Source: Syncephalis fuscata S228
Taxonomy: Eukaryota > Fungi > Zoopagomycota
Length of the DNA stretch: 64,000 nt
Assembly (NCBI GenBank): GCA_025786725.1
Contig: JAHLTZ010000006.1
Coordinates: 1-64,000 of the forward strand
Direction: 5' to 3'
The number at the start of each line of letters is the position of its first letter. Position 1 is the stretch's first letter. The notes below the pieces were generated by a model. It saw nothing but the letters and a program-made list of their open reading frames with translations, searched no databases and was not told the origin of the DNA. A program made the translations under genes and the position numbers. Of the stretch, positions 26,478 through 36,743 are shown piece after piece.

Positions 26478-28571
26478 ATGAAGTTTTCCATTGCCGTCGT
26501 TTGCACCGTCTTTGTGGCTTTGATAGCCGCTACAGCCATGGTGGATGCTAACCCAGCCTTAGTTCGTCGTGGTAGTATGTTACAATAATAAACATTTCAT
26601 AGTATTATATTTATTAACAGTATTGCTAAATAATAATATTAATAGATCGTAAGTAGCATTGTATATTAATTGACTGTAAATTAATTATATGTTATGCACG
26701 GTGTTTCAACAATTTAATATTAGCAAATTGTAAGTTGTATTGTATATTAATTAATTACTCACTAATCACATGTTATGTATTATGTTTATCAATAAACTAA
26801 TATCAATAGCTCGTAGGTTGTATTGTATATCAATAGAGCATACACTAATTATGTGTCATGTACTGTATTCATCAATAACTAATATTAGTGGATTGTAAGT
26901 TGTATTGTATATTGATTGATTACTCACTAATTGCATGTTATACACCATGTGTACCAATGATTTAATATTAATAGGCAGTAAGTGATATTGTATATTGATG
27001 ACTTATAAATTAATCATATACCATATTGCGTAAATTAACAACTTAATATTATAGAGAGTAAGGTGTATTGTGTATTAACTGACTATGTGCTAATTATATG
27101 CCATGGATAATGTATATCAACAACTCTATTAATAGATTGTAAGCTATATTGTATATTAATTGATAATTGACTAATCATATATTATTTGCTATGTATATCA
27201 ACAATTTAATATTAATAGGTCGTAAGTAGCATTGCATAGGCAGACTTATAAATTAATTATATACCATGTATTGCGTACATCAATAACTTGATGGAATAGT
27301 TGGTAAGTAACATTATATATTAGTTATACCATTTACCGACTGTACTGATTATTTAACATTAATAGCTGGTAAGTAATATTATATATTAACTGACTATACA
27401 TTAACTATACTATTGATTGATTGTACTAATTGTTTAATATTAATAGGCAGTAAGTGGCATTCCATATTGACTGAACATACATTAACTATACTATTTATTG
27501 ATTTACCGATTATTTAATATTAATAGCTTGTAAGTGATATTGTATATTAACTGAATACATTAACCACGCTATTTATTGATCGTACTAATTGTTTAATATT
27601 AATAGATCGTAAGTAGTATTGTATATTAAATAACTATACATTAACCACACTATTTATTAACTGTACTGATTGTTTAATATTAATAGAATGTAAGTGATAT
27701 TGTATATTAACTGACTATATATTAACGCGCTATTTACTGATGATACCAATTGTTTAATATTAATAGATCGTAAGTAGTATTGTATATTAAGGACTGTATT
27801 GCTTATGTTATTTATTGCTTTTACTGACTATTTAACATTAATAGCTGGTAAGTAATATTGTATATTAACTGACTATATATTAACCACACTATTTACTAAC
27901 TGTACTGATTGTTTAATATTAATAGAATGTAAGTGATATTGTATATTAATTGACTATACATTAATTATGATACTTACTGATTGTACCAATGCTTATTATT
28001 AATAGCTCGTAAGTAGTATTGTATATTAACTGACTATACATTAATCACGTTGTTTACTAATGGTATTACTTGTTTAATATCAATAGGGTGTAAGTAGTAT
28101 TGTATATTAGTTGACAATGCATTAACCACGCTATTTACTGATTGTATCAATTATTTAATATTAATAGGCAGTAAGTGATATTTCATATTAATTGACTATA
28201 AAATATGCTATTTATTGATGATATTAATGATTTAATATTAATAGACAGTAAGTTTTATCGTATATTAACTGAGTGTACACTAAGTATATACCATGTGCTG
28301 TATCCATCATCAAATCGACATTAGAGTATTGTAAGTTGTGTTGTATATTAATTGATTACTTATTAAGCACATACTATACACCATGTGTACCAACAACTTG
28401 ATATTAATAGGCAGTAAGTAGCATTGTATATTAATTGATTACTCCCTAACCACATGCTATACACCATGTGTACCAACAACTTAATACTAATAGAAAGTAA
28501 GTAATGTTATATTACTAACTTGTAAATTAATTATATGGCATATGATATCTTTATTTGTAAATACAGAATAA
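26478..28571 (+). CDS. Secreted cysteine-rich peptide precursor encoded by 26 exons (24 microexons of 3 or 6 nt)
   Basis: Exon 1 is 26478-26574 (signal + pro, ends in phase 1 at GTATGT). Microexon starts: 26646 ATC, 26724 CAAATT, 26810 CTC, 26889 TGGATT, 26975 GCA, 27055 AGA, 27136 ATT, 27219 GTC, 27300 TTG, 27366 CTG, 27447 GCA, 27527 CTT, 27606 ATC, 27687 AAT, 27767 ATC, 27845 CTG, 27926 AAT, 28006 CTC, 28087 GGT, 28168 GCA, 28245 ACA, 28325 AGTATT, 28411 GCA, 28494 AAA. Last exon 28567 AATAA. Every microexon is flanked by TAG and GTA(A/G)G. The product is a 60-aa open frame. Confidence 0.85.
26575..28566 (+). repeat. Tandem array of ~24 homologous ~80-nt intron units
   Basis: Consensus GTAAGT.RTATTGTATATTAA.TGACT...TTAATATTAATAG recurs with ~80-nt period, interrupted only by the variable 3/6-nt exons. 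Confidence 0.92.
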
Positions 28572-30219
28572 TCGATGGTTTCAAGACATCAGCATTGGTA
28601 GTGCAATCAAACCACTATTCCAATACGCTTTAGGTATATATTCGGTGAAATGCAAGACCATTTGACAACTACGCCGTCCAGTCTATTTATATATCAAGTT
28701 TTGGCCAATGCTCCGGTTTATCCAGTCTTTAATCAATGGAATCGTTATTATATTATCAATTTCGCACTTAATTGGATCTATCCAGCTGTGCAAACTTGTA
28801 GTAATAAATAAATGGTTTCATTTTAGTTATGCTTTATTAGGCTATTATAGCTATATCTACGTTTATTTGCACCTAACAATCAGTATCGACCAACTAAATA
28901 AAAAATACTAGCATCAAATTTGTAGTAGTTTATTGATAAGAACAAAGCATTACCTGGGTTGGGATATAGCATAATAAACTAATAATGTTTCATAATTCCA
29001 TTCATGTAAATAAAACAAATAGCAATAGAATATTTCAATAATTAATTTTGAAATGGTTTCTACCAAAGTCTCAATAAGACTTGTATTTTCGTTAGTAACA
29101 CCTAATCGAATAGGCCCATATAACCTATAACTCAAGGTCAATGTTACAAGCACAAGCCTGACAGGCCTATTATAGTCAATATGTGTCACTTACTGATACA
29201 AATAATTGGTGTGACGATAATCAATTGATAAATTATTATCGCAACCAACCAATATAAATAAACCACTATTTATATTGATTGGACATTATCTTTTATTTGA
29301 CTTCTTTTTATTGATACGTACATTTGCCATATTAGTTCCAATTACATGTAGAATTCTGGCGCTTGCAGGCGAGCACAGAAAGTGCCAGTCCTCATCGCAA
29401 TCTTACTCTATTATTCTGTTTTAGAATTGCTATAAAATAAAATGATAAAATAGAAAATGCTATGAGATCGGCATTTGTTGTGCCCACCCGGGAGCGCCAC
29501 AATATTACCTGGTGCTGGTATTAAGATGATAAATACCAAGTATCACTTAAAGGAGATCGGATAAAAGATCGTGTTTATTAGATACGTTATAACAGTTTGC
29601 ATACAAAGTGGCTGATATTACAAGTTAGCACAGGATTATTCTGTTACTTGTCTATTATGCTTAATGTTTTAGAATCAGAAAGTATCACTATCGACACCTA
29701 CAAGTGCAGTATAGTTGTTAATCAAGTATCTAGTCCATTCATCGATATAATTCCTGTTGCAGAATGTAAGTGTTTTTATTATTAATAATAAAGAAACCAG
29801 TGTTTACATATTTCTATTTAGAACCAACTACTTTAATGGTGCTGGCCCATCAATGTTGCGATATACAAACTGTGTTTTTTGGTTAAACATAGTATTTCAA
29901 ACAAAAAAGAATCAGCATTACTCGAGAACTTTACAGTTAAATGGCAACAAGTTTTACTATTATAAACCTTGGCGAACATTAAACCGATATATAATATATT
30001 AATGTTATAATAAAGTTTTAAACATAATATCTATATTTTATTAAATGTTGTTATATACAATGATTTCTGTACAACTTGGTAACATGTTTGGTAAACCAGC
30101 TTGATTTGCCTATAATCATTATTGTTTGCTTTTTGTTTATAAAAACTATTAGTTTTGTAATAGCAAACCACCATTTTTATTTACGATTCTATTACCGACT
30201 ATTGTCGTTCCATTTTATC

Positions 30220-32064
30220 ATGAAGAAGGTCGTGTCGAATCTTGGACCAATACTTGATTTGTGCAAACGCCGTGGCTTTCTTCTACCTTCCTATGGATTG
30301 TATAATGGCCTTCGCGGTGCACTCGACTACGGGCCTTTAGGCGTTGAATTAAAACGCGCCATTTATCACGAATGGTGGCGGGCCATTGTTGATAGCCGTG
30401 ACGACGTCCACGGTGTCGATACGCCTATTATAACGCCTAGAGAAGTGCTACGTGCTTCGGGTCATGAGGCAGGCTTTAGCGATCCCTTAGTGGATTGCCG
30501 TCTTACACGCGAGCGTTTTCGTGCCGATAAAGCACCTCCACTACGCGTTGAAGAAATCGAGACAATAGACAGTGTGAGCAAAGAGAAGCGACTCGAATGG
30601 CGTATACCTATTTACGCGCCAGATAAACTAAAAGCTCGGACCTGGCTTCAGTTAATTGAAGAGAAACTAGCCCCAAATGCCCGAGTAACGCGTGATAATC
30701 GATCTATTTATCTTTATTTAAATGAAAAGCCAACGGCACAAGCTATAGAGATTGTCAAGGCAGGTAAATCAGGCATAAAAGATACGCCACACAGTGAAGA
30801 TGAACACTCGTCGGTAGTATCGCATCAACAGCAAGATTTATACATGTTACAATTGCAATCAAAAACAGATTCAACTACATCAATTGCTTTTTCATTTGCC
30901 GGTTATGCTGAACCTAGTTCAAACTCACCGTTTCTTACGGAGCCACGCGCCTTTAATTTAATGTTCCAAACTCATATTGGTGTAGGAGAAGTGGAACAAG
31001 ACGGACATGGCACAGCAAATGATAGTGATACTACTGGATCCCTTGTTTATTTAAGACCAGAGACAGCTCAAGGCATATTTTCAAATTTCCCTTTATTACA
31101 TCGAGCAGCTGGTCAGCCAATGCTACCCTTCGGTATTGCCCAGTATGGCAAATCATTTAGAAACGAAATACGTACGGAGAAATCAGCTTTTCGTACTTGT
31201 GAATTCGAGCAATTAGAACTCGAATATTTTGTAGCCCCCACAACTGAAATGGCCGATAGTTGGCTTAACCGCTGGAAAGAATGGCGTCTGGCTTGGTGGC
31301 GGGCCTATGCCGTTAATGAAGGGCAAATGCCATCATCTGTAGCCAAAGTGGATAGTGAGCATAAAGAACATACAACAGCCACGAGTAATGTATTTAGATT
31401 ACGTAGTCACACCACCGATGAATTGGCTCATTATGCCAAATCATGCTACGATATTGAATATCAATTCCCTTGGGGATGGGGCGAAGTGGAAGGTGTAGCC
31501 AATCGAGGTGATCATGATTTACGACAACACAGTGAAGCAATTCGTAGTCTGGCCGGACTCGAAGTACCTTATGGCATTAACCAGGATGGTAAACCATTTA
31601 AAGGTGTTCCATGGGTCATTGAATCATCAGCTGGATTAAATCGCGCCTGTTTAGTTTATTTACTTGATGCTTACGCAGTGGAATCTAGTCCAGATCAATC
31701 AGCCGCCGCCACCCGTACTTATCTACGTTTACATCCACGTATTGCCCCCGTACAAGCGGCAGTAACACCTCTACAGCGTAATGATGCGCTATTAGGAGTG
31801 GCACGCCAAGTATCGGGGCAATTGCGTCGATTAGGTATTCGTACTGTATTGGATACCACATCTGCCTCTATCGGACGCCGTTACGCTCGCCAAGATGAGG
31901 CAGGCACTCCTTGGTGTGTTACAGTTGATTTCGAAACTGATGGACAAATTACGCTACGTGAACGCGATTCAATGCAACAAATACGTGTACCCATCGATCA
32001 AATAGGTCAACTGATACGATTTCGATTGGATAATAGTGGATTTGTACCACCCACTGACATATAA
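30220..32064 (+). CDS. Glycyl-tRNA synthetase, homodimeric alpha2 class, bacterial-like, intronless
   Basis: KRRGF...DYGPLGVELK, YLRPETAQGIF, GIAQYGKSFRNE, EFEQLELEYF, HYAKSCYDIEYQFPWGWGEVEGVANRGD, SIGRRYARQDEAGTPWCVTVDF. Confidence 0.9.
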   Translation: MKKVVSNLGPILDLCKRRGFLLPSYGLYNGLRGALDYGPLGVELKRAIYHEWWRAIVDSRDDVHGVDTPIITPREVLRASGHEAGFSDPLVDCRLTRERFRADKAPPLRVEEIETIDSVSKEKRLEWRIPIYAPDKLKARTWLQLIEEKLAPNARVTRDNRSIYLYLNEKPTAQAIEIVKAGKSGIKDTPHSEDEHSSVVSHQQQDLYMLQLQSKTDSTTSIAFSFAGYAEPSSNSPFLTEPRAFNLMFQTHIGVGEVEQDGHGTANDSDTTGSLVYLRPETAQGIFSNFPLLHRAAGQPMLPFGIAQYGKSFRNEIRTEKSAFRTCEFEQLELEYFVAPTTEMADSWLNRWKEWRLAWWRAYAVNEGQMPSSVAKVDSEHKEHTTATSNVFRLRSHTTDELAHYAKSCYDIEYQFPWGWGEVEGVANRGDHDLRQHSEAIRSLAGLEVPYGINQDGKPFKGVPWVIESSAGLNRACLVYLLDAYAVESSPDQSAAATRTYLRLHPRIAPVQAAVTPLQRNDALLGVARQVSGQLRRLGIRTVLDTTSASIGRRYARQDEAGTPWCVTVDFETDGQITLRERDSMQQIRVPIDQIGQLIRFRLDNSGFVPPTDI

Positions 32065-32174
32065 TCAGTAGTATAGATACAAAATAATTAAACATTGATT
32101 ACTATTCATAATATCCATAATAATAATAATTTAATAATACAAATCCAAATTACTTAACAATATACATATTATAG

Positions 32175-35100
32175 TTATGGTAATAATGATACTTCATCAT
32201 TCTCGCTAATTAGCATTTCTTCCGCTTCTTCATTAGAATCAATAATAAAATCGGCCAAACTTCCTAAATCTTCTTCATCTGTTTCTGATACCGGTCTTGT
32301 AGCGGTATAGCGTGCTGGTTGTCCATTATACCTCATGGTATATCTTGACCCACCAAACAGAGCACGTCGACCTCCAAAGTGTTCATCCGCTTGACTCAAT
32401 AGTGATTCTCGGTAAAAGTTGGTCATTGATGTATCGGTCTCTTGATTGGCACTATCATTAAGTAGAACGGATATGTCATCGTCATTAATAAAGCTATTGG
32501 GTATATCGTCGCCTTCATCTTCTTCAATCTCATCGGCCGATGCTTCAGTGCCCGATAATTCTGCTTCCATTTCAAACCATTGGCCCATACAAGCTTTTCT
32601 TCTTTTTGTCTTTGAATGTCGATTCGATGCTACTTCTGCTGATTGTCCATGATGTATCAATGGTGGCGAGGATGATAGTAATAGTGTTGGTGGTGGTACA
32701 GATGCTTCATGATGTTCCGTCTGTCTTATTTCATTTGTTGGTGGTAGATCGGTGTTAGTGCTGTTAGTAGTAGGTGAACTTGATAATAATCTGGCACGTT
32801 CTTTATTACGAAAATCAGCTCTACCAAAACGGCCTCGTTGAACAGGAAGTGAAGATGGCGGTGACGTTGATTGTATATTAGCTACAACTTGTACATTATC
32901 CTGTATTGGTGTTGATAACAAGTCATTATCAAGTGAATCCAATGATGCTTGATCCAAGGCTAAAAGCAAATCATTATCTAATAGATCATGATCATTAATT
33001 GGATCACTTATTAATGGTTGATGATGTACATTAGAAGGTGTAGTATTTGATGTAGTTGATGTATTTAATGAGTGATTAGTGATAGGTATATTTAATAGAT
33101 CGTCTGTATCATTTAATATGGTTGACAGATCAGGTAATGTTGTTAAATAAAGATTAGATGGCAGTGTTGTTTTAGTGTTAGTATCTTCATCTTGTTCTAA
33201 TGTATTATTATCATTAAATACTGAACCAGGTGTAGTATTTAATCTAGTTGTTGTTACAATGAGATCTGATTCATTTAATAGATCATTCCATAATAATGAA
33301 TCAGTAATAGGGAATCCATCATCATCATCATCATCATCATGAATAATATTGGTATTGTCATTATTGATGTTGTTATTGCTATGTTGATCAGTATTTGGTG
33401 TAGATAGATTAATACTGGATATTATTGAACTATCCATAGTATCTTTTAATAACATGGCCATTGTTTCATTGTTATTGTTATTACTTTCTTCTTCTTCTTC
33501 CTCTAAATTTATTGGATCAGTTGGAAAGTGTAGATCTAATCGTTGATCTATATCTTTATCCGTAATATCTTCAGCCACTACTTGGCTATTTTTACAACAA
33601 AAAGATACTAGTCTAGAAGGTAATGGACGTGAATTAACACCATCAATAGATGGTTGCCATATATCTGACTGTCTTAAATGTCGACACATCATTTCTTCAT
33701 ACTCCTTTACTGTGTCATCTCCATTATCTAATACAAGTTCATCCATCATATACATTAAACGTACAAATCCTAATGTTTGATTTGTATGTTGAATACGATG
33801 AATAGGAGTAATACGGGTTTGTCGTACAGTAAATTTACTTAGATTGATACTTGGTATTGAATCGATGTAATAGCGTCGTCTCCATTCTTCTTCTTCAATT
33901 TCTGATAAATATGGATCTTTGTCACCTTTCTTATTTGTGGTTCCTCTTGTATATCTTTCTACTCTATCTAACATAGAACTTGTGCTGCTGCTACTATTCA
34001 TATTACTATTACTACTCGTAGTATTCTCATTAATATTCGATTCAGCTGAATAAATGATTTTAAGATCACATCGAGGTTTTACGGTGCCGGGTAGAATACG
34101 TGGATTACCTGGACACATACGAATACGATCTGGATCCATAATGGCTCGTTGTACATTCTTATACATGGCCTGTGACTTTGAGTATCGACTGGCTTCCTTG
34201 CCTTCAGTAAGTAACATAACAATACGTCCTTGACGGTGTCGACCTGTACGGCCCATACGTTGTAACTATATTAATAGTTAATAAAGTATATATTATTAGA
34301 TTAATAATTACCATTCGAGTGGGTGAACTTTGTGCATCAAAACATATAATAAGATCAACATCACCGATATCCAATCCTTCTTCACCAATAGAAGTAGCCA
34401 CTAATGTATTATAATGACCACTCTTAAATAACTCTAGTACCTATATTATATATATATATAGATATATATATGTGTTATTATAATATTCTTATTCATTTAA
34501 TTACATTACCTTTTGTTGTTCTTTTTGGCCAAATCCCTTCTGTACTTGCTGCTTAACTGCTATATCGTCTTCGTTCTCCAACTCTTCTCGTTCCTCCTCA
34601 CTATCCATTAATCGAGGTCGTTTTTTAGATGACTTCTTCTTATTGGACTGTTTTGATTTCTTTGTCTTTTTACCAACAGTTCGAGTACCGCGTCCAATAA
34701 ATTGAGATGCTCTAATTAGTGGCCGATGTGCATTCAAAACATCGACTAATTCACTGACTGAATCGCGGTATTCTGAAAATATCATAATTCGTGTATCTCT
34801 ACGTTCACTGCCAATGGCTCCGCTTTCCTTTAATTCTTGTTCATGTTGTTCAAAATGATTACGGACCAATGAAATTAAACGCGTCACTTTTGGATGACTG
34901 GGTGCAGTGGGCGATTGAACAGCTGCTTTGGCTATACGCATTAATTCGGTAAATGCCGCCTCTTTAGTTACTGCGCCTTTTAACGGGGCTATGGTTACAA
35001 GAAATGAACGAATACCATGCTGTAACATTAAATCCATAGAATAGGCGAGTCGATGCAATGTCATAAGATCGCCCATGACTTTAGGTGAAGCATTTCTGGC

Positions 35101-36457
35101 CATAGCCCCACGATAGTTTTGCATTGCTTTAATAACTTGAAATGGTGCTAATGAAGTTGGGTCTTTGTTGTAGAACTCAATACCTGGGCCTCCACGCACT
35201 CGGTCGATAATAGGCTGTATACACTTGCCCAATAGATTACGTATAGTAGCAATGGGGCCTGTTACCGGTATGTTTGTATATCTAGTGGCGATCATAGGTG
35301 TATCGACGTACTTGGTCTGTATCTTCAGTGCGTATTTCTATACGGCCAATACGTAGATTATCCACAATAGCCTGAACAATATCTGGATCACCACCCGGTG
35401 TGGCAGTAAGTGCCAATAGACGTACTTGAAATGGTCTTAATTCTCGAGCGATTTCACAATAAGCAAAATTGCCAGTTGCCTTATGAGCCTCATCGATAAC
35501 CAGACACGATACTTGTTCCCGTGGACAAATACCGCTTAATAGATCACGATGCATTGTTTGAGGTGTAAGAAAAAAGACACGCTTTTCACGCCATAATCGT
35601 GATCGTATTTCAGGTCGAAGTTCACCCGTTAATTCAACTGTATCATTAATTGGCGTGTCAACCATTTCACGATATGCCCGTAGTTGTTGTGATACCAGCG
35701 GTTTAGTAGGACAAGCAAATATAATTTTTGTATTAGGGAACCAGCGATAGTAGTTGTACATAACAACGGTGGCAATAAATGTTTTGCCCAAACCAGTTGG
35801 AATACAAGCTAGCGTATTTACAAATAACGCAGTCCGTATAATATCATATTGATAGTCACGTATAGGTCGATTTGTTGGATAGATCCAAGTAGCAATAGCT
35901 TCTTCATCTATAGAATGTGCACAAGGTGTACAGTCCCAATCAGTAATATCAAATTTTGGTGGAAATAAAGAACGTGATGTAGCATCAGCCGTTGAAGGTG
36001 GTGAAGTCAATGTACTTGTTGTTGTTGTAGCCTGAGTAAGTGCATGTCTTGAGAAATAATCAGTAATAGCACCTGTAGCTCTAACTGCACCTTCGACCAG
36101 TGTAGTTGGATTGGATAAATGGGTGGTTGTTGCTGTTGTTGTTGGTTTAAAATATTGCTGCGAGGATATGGTATCGGTTGCTTGTGTTGAATAAGCAAGA
36201 CTATTAGTATTGGCGGCTAATGACGTAGCAGTAGCACTATTATTTGACACATTCTCTTTATGACCAACAAGAGTACGTTCAATAGCATCCAATTCTGCCA
36301 CAGCTGCTGCGTCAGCTTCAGCACTACCAAATGTAAAGTGGTCGCGTTCAAATGCATCCATAACGTCCATTAATAGATCGTCAGCTAGTACGTTATCAAA
36401 TTCGTCATTATCGTCGAATTCATCACTATGGCAACGATTCATAGCCGCAGTATGCAT
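32175..36457 (-). CDS. MPH1: Mph1/FANCM-family DEAH DNA helicase
   Basis: [70 protein letters not shown]; acidic C-terminus with FEMEAELSG. Frameshift near 35285. Confidence 0.92.
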
Positions 36458-36743
36458 ATTAACGAACGGTATTGTACAGAAATAAGATATGCAACACCAT
36501 AAAGACTAGCGAGAAAGAGAAAAGACACGAGAAAAGCTACAATAATAAATCTGGCGTATTTATTAATCTGAATATTACATATTTATCAGTTTGATGGCAC
36601 CAAAATTAAAGTTGGCTCTTAATTCATTATTACTCGATTTCACCTCTCATTTACAGCATTGCATTGACTTGTACGCTTACTTTTCTGTAGTTATTACTAC
36701 AACTACTTTCAGTTTTCTTTTGTTCATACGTGCATTATTAACT

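Noticed and set aside
26646-28496. Phase-0 reading of the microexons (IQILWIARIVLLALINILNLGATSIAK), which is also open and hydrophobic
   Set aside because: It needs a phase-0 donor in exon 1, and the only candidate (GTTCGT) is poor. The consensus donor GTATGT is phase 1 and gives paired Cys plus an immediate stop. Not formally excluded without cDNA.
26575-28566. CRISPR array or plain satellite interpretation of the 80-nt repeats
   Set aside because: Eukaryotic context and no cas genes; the variable parts are only 3-6 nt, are bounded by splice consensus, and concatenate into an ORF that continues a signal peptide.
35282-35295. Programmed frameshifting in MPH1 or other split genes
   Set aside because: No slippery heptamer or consistent signal; scattered indels across many genes fit sequencing error better.
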